A stretch of 63,995 nt of DNA, filler included, from Fonticula-like sp. SCN 57-25 (GCA_001724245.1; 5 parts of 5 records of this genome joined end to end with filler, not necessarily neighbours in it), one strand, 5' to 3'. Positions 49,301 through 62,256 are shown, numbered from the whole stretch's first letter. Numbers and translations are program-made. Notes: a model not told the origin generated them from the letters alone.

Positions 49301-50764
49301 CAGCTCGCACTCTGCGCCGTATCGGTCAGATGGGCAGTCGCAGACGCCGCTTCCAACGGGTACAAAATTGGTGTCGCAGTCGTTGCATTGGACGCCGGCG
49401 TAGCCAGTGGAGCACGACGCGCAGTTGCCAGTGTCGGAGCCGGAAAAGCCATCGTCGCAGCCGATGCAGCCAGGTGAGCATGCGGTGCACTGCGCGCCGT
49501 ACTGCCGTGTGCTGCAGACGCCGTTAATGGCGTAGGCGGCGCCGGCGTTGGTGACAATGCCATCGGGTCGATATTGCGCGCCGACGACGGCCAGGCCGTC
49601 CAATGTCATCGCAAGCGAGCTGCCAAACTGGTCGCCAGAATTGCCGCCGCTCGGGTATATCGTGCTGCCGACAGTGCAGTTGCTCCCTTGGCATGAAACA
49701 ATGTGAGCCGTGCCGAGGTTTGAAAGCGTGACGGGAGCGCTGACAAGAACCGTGTTGCTGAAGCGCGAAAAGGCCGCCTGATAGCCGAACCGCTCGCCGT
49801 CGACGGAGCTGAAGAGCGCGCCGGGAACGCAGGACGACGCAGTGGGGCAATGGAAAGCCACGGCAGCGCCCTGGTTGGCGCGACCATTGACTTGGCGAGC
49901 GGGCATGGTGGCGATCAGAATGTCCCCGCGCGCAGTGAGCGAAGTACCAAATTGATCATAGTCGGCGAGCGCGACACCGGGATCGAGCGTGTACGGTCCG
50001 CTGCAGGACGGCGCGACGAGAGGCGAGCCGGGCGTAGTGGTGCACTGAAAGGTAAAGACGGCGCCCTTCCATGTGCTGCGGCCGAGGGCCGTGGCAGCGA
50101 CGAGCGATCCCGATACGACGACCTCGCGGCCAAAGTAGTCGTTGTCGGCGGCATCGGGCAGCATCAGGGGCGTGCCGCTCGAGCACGACGTCTCCGAAAC
50201 GCAAGAGTACACATAGATGGCGCCACGGCGGACGTTGCCGTTGTACGCGCCGACAACAAGGATAGTGCTCTCGCCGCTCACGGACGGCGACATGGCCACC
50301 GCTGATCCAAAGTACGCGCCGGGGATCTCGGGGTTGAGAACGGGCGGATCAATGCGGGTGCCCGCCGAGCACGATGTCGACGAGGTACACGTGTAGAGGT
50401 AGACGGAGCCATTGTACGCGTGGTACCCCCAGGACCCCACGGCCACAAGCGAATCGACAATCGCAATGGTATTGACAGAGCCGAAAAAGTTTGATGCATG
50501 CCCGTCAAACGGCGTGAGTGACGTTCCAAGCGTGCATGCAAGCGGCGAGCTTGTACAGTTGTAAACGTATGCAACACCCTGATCGTTGGCTCCGTTCACG
50601 GCCCTGCCGTTGGCGCCCACGATAACCAGGTTCCGGTCCGCCGCCATGCCCGTTCCAAAGTAATCATCCTTGGCGAGGCCCGAGATCGGCAGGCGCATCT
50701 GCGACTGCGCTGCCCATGCGACGCCCGCTAAAAAGACGAGCAATAGAAGGATCCCGGCCCGCAT
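46311..50764 (-). CDS. Large cell-surface protein: signal peptide, 7 FG-GAP blades, laminin-type EGF, ~14 furin-like Cys repeats, ~6 TM helices; frameshift at ~48915
   Basis: MRAGILLLLVFLAGVAWA; seven FG...V/IVGA...G.VY blades; CGHGACSSGVAGNGTCICDAGW EGF units; CxxCxxxCxxC repeats; hydrophobic C-terminus with SFITD and NIPQLYIQ. Two ORFs in different frames abut inside one repeat. Confidence 0.85.
47040..49030 (-). repeat. Tandem coding repeats (alternating ~44-aa A/B furin-like units)
   Basis: A: CPAGKY..ACNxTCATCSSATSCQSC..PFLLLGDSCV; B: CPxDHY..GTCxACTGDCATCxSSTxCxSCKSPLLLDGTxCV; period ~265-270 bp. Confidence 0.92.
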
Positions 50765-51179
50765 CGCTGATCGGACGGTTCGCGTCGGTTCAGCAATGGG
50801 GCAAGTCACTTCCTATGAAGCAAGGTGCCTCCCGCGGCGTTGCCGAAACATTGCCACACGCCACAAGTTGCGCAGGGGCAATCGAGAAACAAGTTTTTTC
50901 CCTTTCGGATGCAGCGGATCAACACCGGATTGGGTTCGGACGCTTCTGCCAGTCCAAATTTGGTAAAGTCGCCCGCCACTGGTCGGCCAATGACCCAATG
51001 GTGGCACACGGGGGGGTAACTAGCGTGACTACGGTGCAACAAGACACAGACGGTTGAAGGAAATAAATTACTTAAGTATAGGTATCTAAACAAGTAGCGT
51101 CCGAGTGCAATAACAAGCGTTGTATTATATTGTACATAAATCCATAATATATACCACAATATCTACTTCACATTCAAAT

Positions 51180-54100
51180 TCACAGATATTTACGCAGATA
51201 ACTAAAAAGAAGCGTTTCATAATGCTCAAAAGTGTTTGGGTGCCGGATGCCGTGCCGCTCGTTCGGGTAGACCTGCACTCTGCAAGGCCTTCCTTCCTGT
51301 GCCATGCGCTCTGCAAACCTTCTTGTATTTTCATAATGAACATTCTCGTCAATGAGCCCGTGCACAACGAGCACCCTGTTTTCCCTACAGCAAATGTTAG
51401 CCAGCTGCTTTTCTTTTAAATTGTGCGTACTCTTGGGGAAAGTCGGCAATGTGCGAGAGGATCGACCCGTTCCTGTACCCCTCTGGGTTGTCGCTGGGCA
51501 GCCCCATGTACCGCTCCGTGTAGGCCGTGTCGTACAACTCCCACTGGACGACCGGCGCACCCGCGACGGCGAGCCGGAATACGTCGCTGTGCCGTGCCAT
51601 GGCCATGAGCGACAGGTAGCCGCCGTACGACCACCCCGTGATGGCCACGCGGTCGAGATCGACCATGCCGCCAAGCTCGCGCGCGACAAACTGGAGCGCG
51701 TCCACCTGGTCCTCAAGCTCGACCGTCCCCATGCGGTGCCGCAGGTGCGACTCGAACGCCACGCCGCGACCGCACGACCCGCGGCCATCCAAGAGAACTA
51801 CTACGTGGCCGAGGTGCACGGCGAGGAAGAGCTGCAGGAAGCGCGGGAACTTGTAGTCGTTGGTGACAAACTGCGCGTGCGGCCCGCCGTACACCTTGAG
51901 CAGCACGGGTAGCCGCGACGAACCGTGCGCGCGCGCGGGCGCGTACACGAGACCGTGTAAAAGTTCGCCGGTGCGGCTGGGGAAAGAAATGCGCCGGGGG
52001 GTGGGCAGCAGCGGGGCGAGCGAAAGCGGGCGGCGAATGTCGCCGACAATGTGCACGCACGGGTCGGCGGAAAGGCGCGCAATTATTGTGCGCGGCGGCG
52101 ACTCTAGGCTCGAAAAGGTGTCTACAAGCATATCGAACGACCTATCGCGCGTCGGTTAGCAACACAAGAAATGGGCACTAGGCGACGCACTCTGAGAATG
52201 TGACGCTGTGCGAGTATCCGAGTTCGGTTAGACGGACCGGCTCGGCGCCCTCGAGCGTCGTCATGTAATAGTGCGTCTCGAGCGGCGTATCGCGCGCGGC
52301 CGCAAAGTAGACTCGCCCGCGCGCCACGTCCACCGACACGGCCTCGTCCGCAACGGCCCACTCGCCACTCGTCAGCGCAACAATGTGTGTTTGTCCACGT
52401 AGGTCGCTCGTGCAGCGCTCGACGAGGTACAGGTGCCGGTAGCCGGTGCGCTCGCTCGACCACACAAACCGCGCGCACCCGCCTTGGCCCGCGCCGCCGC
52501 ACGAGCACGGCAAAAAGTGAAGAATGTCCGTCACATTGATCCACGTGGACTCGACGTGCTCCTCTACCAGAACCGCCTCGTGCGGTCCGCTGGTAAGGTC
52601 CTCGTCGTCGTCCTGCTGGTGGCGCGCCTCTTCATCAGACATGAATTCGTCAACGTGGACGAGCACGAGAGCGGTCCTCTGCTGCCGCCGGTCGAGCAGC
52701 TGCACGACAACGGCGCGTGCGTCGTCCGTCCACGCCAGCCGCGGCACATATTCGGCCCATGGGAACCGCCGCTGCAGTGCGCGCGCGCCGCGCAGACGCC
52801 GCACGACGGGTGCGCGCACAAACGACGTGTCAAACGAAACAATGCGGACGTCGCTCGCAGCGTTCGCCGTTGACGTGAGCGGGTAACGAAACTCGTCCAC
52901 GCCCTCGCCACCGCCCAGGTTGGCCACGTGAACGTCACTCTCGTCGATTGCCACGTGAAGAATACGCGACGAGCCGTCGGGTGCCCACCAGTAGCCCGTG
53001 AAGCGGTGAAACTCCTCCTGCATGATAAACTCGGCCACGCCCGACGCGCGCGCAGACCGCGAGGACGGTGCGGAGGACCACGTGGTTGGTGCGGGAGACC
53101 ACGTGGGTGGAGATGAAGGCCGCCACGACGAGTGCGCCCCGCTCGATGGGGACGATGGTTGAGCAGGCGGTGCACCGGCCAGTGACAGTGCTGCGCCTTT
53201 GAGCGCCGACAGGACGGGAGACACGCCCGACCACATGGACGTGTTCTCCTCCCCGCCAACATTTGACCACGTGGGTGTGCTGATTCGAAAGGCGGACGAC
53301 GCGCCGGTGCCCGCGTCCACAGCGTCCCACGCGTTGGCGTCATCCCCGCTAGTGGCGTCGGGCGCCATGTCTGACGCCAGCCGCTTGGCAGACCCGCTAG
53401 AGTCTCTCCTCTCTGCAATTGCCATATCTGAAATGTCGCTTGCTTCTTCTGTCGCGTCTTCCTCCTGGTCCGCCTCCCCCGCGGCTTCGCTGCTCCGCGT
53501 GAGCCGCCACTCGACGCCGGTCGCCAGATCGACCACCCAAATGTCCCTGCTGCGAATGTACGAAATAAATGTGCGGCCGTTCACGCTGGACGCCTTCGGG
53601 TCCATGCGCACGACGCTGTCCGCGGGAAAGAGCGGCTGCGGCTTTGCTGGTAATGGCTTTCGAAAGGGTGAGTCATCAAAATAAATATAGGGGGATGCGT
53701 ACGTGGGTAGCGTCGGCAATAAACATGGCGCCACCAAGGACGAGTAAGAGTTGGTTGTGGTTTGGGAGAAGCAAGTAGTTGGAAAAGCCGCTGCCTGCCT
53801 GGCGCATACGCTCGCGCTGAAGCTGCTCCTCTTGCGAAAGGGGTTCGGGCTTGAATGTCCAGGAGGGGTCGACGATCGGCCGCCACTCGAGCTCGGACGC
53901 TGCAATTGCTCGTGTCAATAAATAAAACAAAAAGAAAAGAGAAACGCGCACGGGAGCCAAACGAGTCGAGGTTTCCGTAGCTAATCGAAAAGAGCGATGT
54001 CGTCTTGATGCCCGCCGGCGAGTCGACACCGAGAAACAGACAGCGCGACCGGGCCGGATCAAAACAAAAGTCCTTTAGCAATGCAATGCAGGGCGGCTGA

Positions 54101-54396
54101 GAGCGTCGGAATTCCCGAATTTGCTCGCGCACAGTCGGCCAGACGTCGGCGAGATCCTCAGGCGCCTCGTACTGCATGTCGTTCGTCAGCGCCTGGATCG
54201 ACGGCGCGGCTGCTGGCGGATGCTGATGCTGCGGTGACGAAAGGAGTGGTGACGATGGCATTGACGAATGCAAGCTTGCAGGCCCGCGACTCATGGACGC
54301 TGCGACCGTCTGCTTGATTGAGCGGAACAGGGAAGGGGCACTAAAATACGCCCCGCCCACGTCCTTTGACTCTGGTGTCAGCGCGTCGGACGACAT
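51180..54396 (-). CDS. Dipeptidyl peptidase 8/9-like (S9B), cytosolic
   Basis: EEQLQRERMR, FIMQEEFHRFTGYWW, VYGGPHAQFV, GWSYGGY (Ser), HGLIDENVH (Asp), YPNERHGIR (His); no signal anchor; several introns. Confidence 0.93.
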
Positions 54397-54637
54397 GCCG
54401 GCCGCGGCCACGTTCCCGCGCGCTCTAGTGGGTTATAAATAGCAGATAAAGCGGCTCTCCGCCCGGGACAGAAAGGAATCCTGAACGTCTTGAGGCGGTC
54501 GACAGCGACGGCGGTGTGGGCGCGATGCGCGCGCTTAACACTCAAGCCAAAAGTGTTGATAGGAAAATCCAAATTTTGAGACGTACCGAAACCGACTTTT
54601 TCGAATCAAATCGTCGTCGCGATGCCGTCGACGATTC

Positions 54638-54737
54638 NNNNNNNNNNNNNNNNNNNNNNNNNNNNNNNNNNNNNNNNNNNNTTAATTAATTAANNNNNNN
54701 NNNNNNNNNNNNNNNNNNNNNNNNNNNNNNNNNNNNN
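54638..54737. other. Artificial contig linker
   Basis: N44-TTAATTAATTAA-N44. Confidence 0.98.
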
Positions 54738-55184
54738 TAGCAAAGGAGCGTTAGATAAGTCTTTCCCTAAAGACGGCGCATACCGCCGCGTAAACTCGCC
54801 GGGCTCGGCAGGGCGACATTGCGGCAAGCTCACCAGGGCTACGGCGAACGCGGTCAGCAATCATCAAGAGGAACATGACCAGACCATACTGTCTAATAGC
54901 CCGCGCACAACGGCTGGGCCGCCGTGTACGTGGAACTCGGCTACATCCTCGCCGGTAAAGCTGCGCGGACCTGGGAACCATGACACCAGCCCGCGATCTA
55001 TCAAGGCCCCTGTCCCGGTTCGCAGGCTGGCCCGCGCGAGCATTCGCGGTTCGGGAGGGCTTGTCCGGCCTGTAACGGCCTGTAAAGCTGCGCGAGCTTG
55101 CGCCCCGGAGCAGCGAACGATCGCTACGCCGGCCTTGCCATGCCCGGTGGCTAGCGCGACGATGGTTTGCGCGGCAGCGCTCAT
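54738..55184 (-). CDS. MSS1: tRNA-modification GTPase MnmE/Mss1/GTPBP3, 5' part (runs off contig)
   Basis: TIVALATGHGKAGVAIVRCSG, FPGPRSFTGEDVAEFHVHGG, then after an intron AEPGEFTRR. Confidence 0.92.
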
Positions 55185-55244
55185 GTTCACTCTGCCCCCA
55201 CTTTCTAATCTGAAACCAATTGTTTAGAGACCAAGTGATCAACC

Positions 55245-57524
55245 ATGACAGGTGGCGGGAGCGACCGGCGGAAACGGCCACGTCGCGATAGCAGCAGCGG
55301 CAGCAGCAGCGATAGCGACTCGGGCGGAGACAACGTAGACGCTGGCGTTTCCTCGAGCGAAAAGGACTCTCATGCCAAGGAGACCGCTCCGGCCGCCGCA
55401 TCTCCCGATACGAGGCCACTTTTGGAGCATGCCGATGACCAGGCGATGTTTGGCAGCCTCGACACCCGCGAAACGCTGCCACGGAACCCCGGCGGTCTGG
55501 CCATTGCCAATTTGGTTCCTCAGTCGATAAAAACGCAGGACTGGTGGGAAGGGCGCACGCTATCGCACGGGATAGCCAAGTGCGCCTCGGTGCAGGTGAT
55601 TTACCATGATATCAACAAGTACGCCTAGCGCCTGCGTCGTTTGTGACTAACGCGCGTGCACCTTCCCTCCCAGCGCCAAGCGGCAACTTATTGAACAATT
55701 TATGAATGCTCTCAACTCAATGGTACGTCTGATGGCTGGACGGGGGCCGACTGACAACGATTGCTGCCGTTAGCCCGATGAGGACGATAATGCCAAACCG
55801 AGGGACCCCGATCCGGACCCGGAACTGGTCGTGCGTCTTCTCTGCTTCCTTGCCTGCGTTAAACTGACGCATATTGATATGCAGAAAGGAGTGAATGATG
55901 ACATTGTTCAATTATTATCGTCCGACGACAAGTATATGCGCGCCCTCCTCTCCAACGGCACAGGCTGTATCCGCTCATTCCCAACGTGTCATCTCTTTAG
56001 TGTTGTCGTGCTTGATGTCGTGTCGTCTTTGTCGATGTTTCACATTGTTAGCGTTTTCCCTTGACAGGCATTCTAGTTGTGCGCCTTTCGTTTATAGGAA
56101 ACCAGGACGTGATATGGAAGCGCGAACTTCCCCGCCGCATTCTAGAGCGGTGCATCGAGCTTTCCTCGGACCTTGAATTGAGTCCCGACGGCACGCAAGT
56201 CCGCATATCAAAAACGCCGAAAAAGGCGGAGTCTTTGCCTTTAGAGTCCGATACGCCCGCGCTGAAGCACCAGCCGCTTGTGAGCGAGCCCGACCATGAG
56301 CTCCTGCGCTTTGACGGCCGGCTCCTGTACCTCCAGGGCGCCCCCTTTTTCATCGATGTGAACGGTGAAGGCAGCATTCGGCGCTTGCGTGACACAATTC
56401 CAAAGTCGGCCAGGCCGATGCAGCTTCGCGAGCTGGTCGACATCCCCACCTTTGAGCGTGCTACAAACATTTCCCTTCCGCGCGACGCAAATGCCAAGGT
56501 GGAGTCGCACGCGCGCAGCTGGTACGCCCACTGATTGGATGCGCACAATGCTGACACTGGTGGCGTAGCTTTAACTGCGACTCGTTTGACCACGAAATGA
56601 TGGACTGCCCCGAACCGCGCAATTACTCTAACATTTCCCGGAATCGCCAGGCGTTCAAGGACGCTGCCGTGAACACGCCCGTGCGCTTCAAAGGCCGCCT
56701 TGTACGCAACCCGGTCACACACACACTCGCATCTAACGCGGTCCGCCTAGCACGACGACAGCTCGCCGTCAACGTCGACGCCGCGCGCGTCGTCTGACCG
56801 CTCGTACGGCGGGGACCGCACGCCGAGCGACCGTGGGCACTCTGGCCGCGACCGCTCTCCGGACGACCGCACGCGCGGCGAGCCTGCAAGCGAGAGCATC
56901 CTGCGCGTCTACAACACGATAGAGGACATTCCGCCGCCGCTGCAGCTCGAGTCGGACAGGCATGAGGGCCCGCCGCGGCAGCCCGAGCCTGTGAACGAGC
57001 GTAGTATGCTGCCGCCGGCGCCGGTGTGGGATGCAGGCGCGCCGGCGCATCCCTACGGCAGCCCGCATCCGCAGTACCCTCCCGCTGGCAGCTACCCGCC
57101 GCCCCTCGCCGTGCCGACCAACGATGGGTACAGGCACCACGAAGCGCCCGCACACGCCGCGCCGCCGCCGCATGTGTCGCCGCTCGCGTACCCGCCGCCG
57201 CAGCAGCCCGTGGGCTACTACAACCACAGCCCGGCCATGTACCACCACCACCCGCCGCCACACCAGCAGCAGCAGCAGCAGCGCCCGGACTACTACGGGT
57301 CGCCCTATCCGCCGCCGCAGATGCCGTACTCACCGTATGGCTCCCCTTGGCAGCATGACCCCAACCTGCAGCAGCACGGTCCGCCGCCGCAACAGCAGCA
57401 CGGGCCACCGCCGACGCAGCTTCAGCTTCATCCGCCGCCGACGCAGCTGCAGCCTCTTCCGCCGCCCCATGAAGCGCCGTGGCAGCCACCGCAACCGCAG
57501 GACAGCAAGCCGCGGTGGTTCTAA
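55245..57524 (+). CDS. Putative La-motif-containing protein with Pro/Gln/Tyr-rich tail
   Basis: NLS-like RRKRPRR; DDKYMRALL..G and CIELSSDLELSPDGTQVRI resemble the start and end of the La winged-helix; PQYH-rich C-terminus. Middle exon phases are not fully resolved. Confidence 0.5.
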
Positions 57525-57644
57525 GCGTCGCGTTGCTTGTTCCCCCTCATCTTCCTCCTCTTCTGTATCACTTACAGCTTTTGTATGTATTGTGCTCATA
57601 TTAAATGAAATACATGTATATAACAACATCGGGCAGTGCGATTG

Positions 57645-58358
57645 CTAGCGCCGCTTGCCGTCCTTGAGCGCTTGGAACTCGCTGTATGTGAGCTTGGCCT
57701 TGATGCTCTTGTAGCGAACGACTTGGACGCGCTCCAGCAGAGCCATATTTACTGCGCCGCACCAGCCGGCCTTGGCCAGCAATGACTTTAGCGTCTCCTC
57801 GTGGTTCCACCTCTGCTCAGAGGCCACCTCGGGCAGGTACGTCGCGCCGTACTTTGTCCGGCCATCTACGAACGAGATGCGGATGCCGTGAACGCCGACC
57901 TTTGACAAGCAGTATCCCATTAGCGATACAATGCAGTGACATAGATCACGCGCACCTCCCAGTCGTCCCAACGCTGTGCCGGCTCAAAGTCGATCAAGAG
58001 CGAAACACCACAGTCCAGGAACGGGATCTCGTTCGCCCGCACGGGATCGAAGCGCGTGTCCTCCAAAGCGCTGGTCAGCGCGTATGACGCCAGCCCCTCA
58101 TGAAGCGCCAATGGGTTAAAGTTACCTATGCACCCGCGCAGGTGATGACGGCCGCCAGGCTTTTGAATATTCCATGTCACAAAGAGCGGGCTACAGGAGA
58201 ACGCCCAGTCAGCCACCCCTAGACACACACCCAACGCACTATTTATCGTCGCGGAACTCGGGAGGGTCCGCCTTGCCATGTGTGAGCTTTGCTGACAATG
58301 TGTCAAAGCAATAGTAGCACATTTGCCTCAACTCCTCTTGGCTAACCACGCTCGCCAT
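57645..58358 (-). CDS. AMMECR1: AMMECR1-family protein
   Basis: MCYYCFDTL, PLFVTW, LRGCIGNF, SALEDTRF, GVHGIRISF, ATYLPEVA. Confidence 0.95.
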
Positions 58359-58607
58359 CGTGTTGTCCAGGTTGGTCAGGTCAGCGCGCGTCTGTTGTTT
58401 GCTGACGTCAGCAGATTCGTTGCAAATGGCCCAGAAATGGCCTGCAAATGGCTATTTGCAACAGTATGGATACTCTGGATAATATTCTACAACAATAGTC
58501 TGCGCTTCATAGCATCTGTATACCTGTATTTATTCTCATTTATAAAAGAGGTTTATCGGATTGACCTAGGGGAGGGGGAAGAACACACGCTCCAACTCTA
58601 AAGCGTT

Positions 58608-60379
58608 CTACTTGCATTCGTCCTGGGGGACAAAGACAAAGACCAAAGCGGTGGGCATAATGAAGCAGCCAACAGCGACCATGAAAATGCAGCCGATCTT
58701 GGCGGGAGTGAGCGGCCTGAGGCCCGTGAAGCGCAGGTACAAGAGGCCGGGCAGAATGTAGCACATGGTCGTTGACCTAGACAAACACGTCAGCTTTGCC
58801 AGACTAGAATGAAGCAACGCACCCGATGGCGCCGACGAACGCGAGCACGACCGCCAGAGAGTCGACAAGGAAGGCGATGGTAAACGTGCCGCACACGATG
58901 AAGAGCGTCTCGATGTAGAAGCGCATGTTGGTCTGCGGGCCAATGTCCTCGTCCTTGATGACGCTGTAGGCAAACTGCAATAGAATATAGGTGAGAAACA
59001 CACGCAAAGAAAGTAAGGAAAAGAGAGACAAACCTTGACAATGTTGTCGAGACAGATACGAGCCGGATGCGTCTGGAGAGCAAACGAAAACGAAACAAGC
59101 AGCGCAATAAAGATGCGGCCTACCGTGACGCCGAGCAGCTCTTGCGAGTCTGAGATCATTGCGTCAGTTGCCGGACACGGTGGTGGTGGAAAGACGTACA
59201 GTTGTTGATAATGTTGTCTTCGATGTTGCTACCAAACTGAAGGAATCCAAGAATACCGATGACAAGGTAGATGATGAAAGCGGTGCTGATGGACGACCCA
59301 ACAACGCTGTTGATGCGCTTGGTCGTAGGGTCCCTCAGTTCGTTGTAAATGGAGAAAATCTAGACGCAATGAGCGACCGAATAATATAAAACCAAGCAGA
59401 CGTACGTTTTGGTGGCAAGTGAAACCAAACACGTAGATGGTCATGACGGAGAAGAAGCACGTATCCATGTTGAAAAGGGGACGCTCCTCGTCGGGAAGCT
59501 CATGCTCGCCAATAAAGTACATCACAATCACCATGAGGAAAAGGTAGCCGACCGCCACAAGAGCCAGCAGCGACGTAAACCTACGCGGCGGGTGAGCGCG
59601 TGCACACAGCAGCAGAGCACGGGTATGCGTACCGCAATGAATTGAGCTGGCGCAAGAAGGCCGTAGGGATGACCAAGAGTCCCAAAATTCCGATCCAAAA
59701 TTCACGCTTAAGAAGAACGACCGAGGGATCCGTGTTACCCATGAGGCTGAGGAAGTACTCGGAAACGTCCGGCATCAAATCTCCTATGACAAGCAAATAC
59801 GAAATCGCCTAGAACAGGAGGGTTAATGCGGCCCCTGCGGAGATGAGAAGAACGCACGACACCAAAGCACTTGATAAAAACGATCAAATCAATAAGGACC
59901 GCGGCGTGCGGGTGGAATGCGCGGCGCGCGAGAACATAGTATGAAGTCTGGCCGCCGACCATGTCTGTACACTTGATGAGCAGGAAGAGTCCAAAGGCGC
60001 TGGCGGCACCGCTGCATTACCAGGTCGTTAGAATGAATGTCGCCGCAAAAGTAGACGCACCTGAGGAACACAAGAATGCCTCCCAATACAAGACCGTTCT
60101 TGGACATGGCAAAAGGAATACTGAGCATTCCCGAGCCCAAAATTGTGTTGGCCAGGTTGGTCCATGACGAAAACCACGTCGCGGCGCGGCGGCCTTCGCT
60201 CTCGGGCTTGATCACGCTCTGCCAAACACAAGAAAATGTAAGAAGAAAAGGAGAAAACCACCGATAAACGCAATAAAATGCAATGCACGTACCTCATCCC
60301 CCGAGTCGCTGTCAGGCAGCAAGTGGCGCCCTTCATTGTTGATGGACCTGTCCTCCTCATCGTCAAAGCTGCCACCCAT
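58608..60379 (-). CDS. Amino-acid transporter, AAAP/SLC38 (Avt5/6/7-like), probably vacuolar
   Basis: NLANTILGSGMLSIPFA, IKCFGV, YVFGFTCHQN, LAFVGAIGS, YILPGLLY; N-terminal acidic dileucine EGRHLL; many introns. Confidence 0.92.
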
Positions 60380-60609
60380 GGTTGGTTTGGGACCAAGGGA
60401 AGTGCTGATTGGTCGATTGCTGATATCCCGCCCTGCCATTGGCTCTTCCCACGCACTGTCCCATCGACATCAACATGGCGGGCCAGCTCAGCAGAGGATA
60501 TTTCACCTTACGCGAAGAGTAAAACGTGCAAAACATATATTGAAAACAACAAGGCTAGGGATATTAAATATTTACAATGCTATCCAGTTTGGATTCTATA
60601 GCCGACTGG

Positions 60610-62256
60610 CTAGGCAGAAGACGAAGACGACGGCTCTGCGGACTCGGGCGCCGGCTCGGGCGCAGCCTCGAGTGCAGGCTCCGGCACAGGTTCGGGCGGG
60701 GACGCCGACGCAGGCTTAGAAGCAGTTTCCTGCTCGGCCGCGGGCGCCGGCTTCGATGCGGTTTCCTGCTCGGTCGCGGGCTCTGGAGCGGACACAGGCG
60801 CGAGGTCGGCAGCGGGCGCGGCTGCCGGCGACGCCAACCTGGTGTTTGGTGAGCTGGGCGCAGTGTGGTGGGCTGACGAAGTAGCAGATGACTCGATATC
60901 GTCCTCGAGCTCGTCCTCGTCCTCGGAGCCCGCATCATCCTCTCCGTTCGCACCAGCGTTCGAGGGCGAGCCTGCCTCGCCCCTCGCCGACTTGCGCTCA
61001 CTAGCTTCCGCCGACGGGGAGTCGCCCGGTTCAGTCTTGATTAGCTGGTCATCCCCGGTCCTCTGCACTTTGCGGATGTACTCAACCGCGCGGCGCAAGA
61101 TGGAGCCCTTTGACTGCCCTTGGTAGCACTCGGGCACCAGCAAAGCGAGCTCGCTGATAGTCTGGTTGATATTGTTGCGGCGGCGGCGCTCGACTAAGCA
61201 AAAGGTTTAGCGCGCAAAGAAGCGTGGAAAGAAGCGAGGGAATACCTTGATTGTGGTTCTCGCGGTCGCGCGACCCTTCGCGCTTTGCGGCCCAGCTGCC
61301 CAGCGCGCGGTCAGATCCCAGCAAGCGCCCCGACATGTCCATCTCAACGTAAGGAGATGCATTGCCCATCGTGACTACATCCAGGCCCGGGAGTGCCTGC
61401 GGTATCGAAAAGACCTGCGATTGCGGCATATTCGGATGGAACGGGTGAAATCCCGCGGGGGAATTCACCTGGTACGAGGGCGAGTTCATCAGCACGGGAG
61501 TGACTGGTATTGACTGCGGCTGCTGTTGAGCTATTGCAAATAAATTTAAAGTTAGGGGCCGTCAGAAAGCTGAAACGATGGTGAGCGAGCGGGCGTACGA
61601 AAGTAGTAAACATCCAACGGCCGGCCGCCTGACGTTGGGGACGGCTGTGCGCCGGGTAAAAGTCCGCCGACGGGCATGGCTTGAACAGAGCCTACAGGCA
61701 TTTGCATTTGCCCCTGCGGGGACTGCAACACAACGGACGGCTGCACCAGCTGCATCGGCATCGACTGCTGCTGCATTTGCATGGCCTGCTGCTGGAGCGC
61801 TTGCTGCTGCATCACCTGTTGCTGCATCGCTTGCTGCTGCATAGCCTGCTGCTGCATGGCTTGCTGTTGCATGGCTTGCTGCTGCATGGCTTGCTGCTGC
61901 TGCATTACTTGCTGCTGTTGCATAGCTTGCTGCTGAATGGCGACATGCTGTTGCTGCTGCTGCTGGATCGCGGCCTGCTGTTGCTGCTGATGCTGCTGTT
62001 GCTGATGCTGTTGATGCTGGTGCTGGTGCTGATGCTGGAGAGAAATGAGAGGTTCGGGTGCGGAAAAGGCGCCAAAGAGCAATGAGGCGCCCTTTGCAGG
62101 CGCCAACTTTCTCAACGAGGGCGCCGCTGACTGCTTCGCCTGCACGTCGGCAAGCTCCAAACGCTCCGGTAACAACCCACTCAACCTGCTCTTTGCCGCG
62201 GGCGAGGTCGCGACGGCCACCCGCGGTATGGGCTGCACCGTTCCCTCTTGCCCCAT
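60610..62256 (-). CDS. bHLH transcription factor (Cbf1/USF/MiTF-type) with poly-Q region
   Basis: Spliced RENHNQVERRRRNNINQTISELALLVPEC...SKGSILRRAVEYIRKVQ, with H-E-R class B residues that bind CACGTG; upstream Q-rich exon. 5' exon linkage is approximate. Confidence 0.88.
61765..62035 (-). repeat. Poly-Q / (MQQQA)n coding repeat
   Basis: 15-bp units of the ATGCAGCAGCAAGCC type, plus an (HQ)n run. Confidence 0.9.

Noticed and set aside
46311-50764. True integrin alpha
   Set aside because: No thigh/calf domains or GFFKR, no clear DxDxDG calcium loops, and a multi-pass C-terminus.
51180-54396. Functional link between DPP8/9 and the neighbouring receptor-like genes, by analogy to NLRP1/CARD8
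   Set aside because: No FIIND-like domain is seen, and adjacency in a compact eukaryotic genome is weak evidence.
55967-56000. Possible U12-type intron (GTATCC donor) in the La-like gene
   Set aside because: It lacks the full GTATCCTT donor and TCCTTAAC branch, and the phases could not be reconciled, so it is unsupported.
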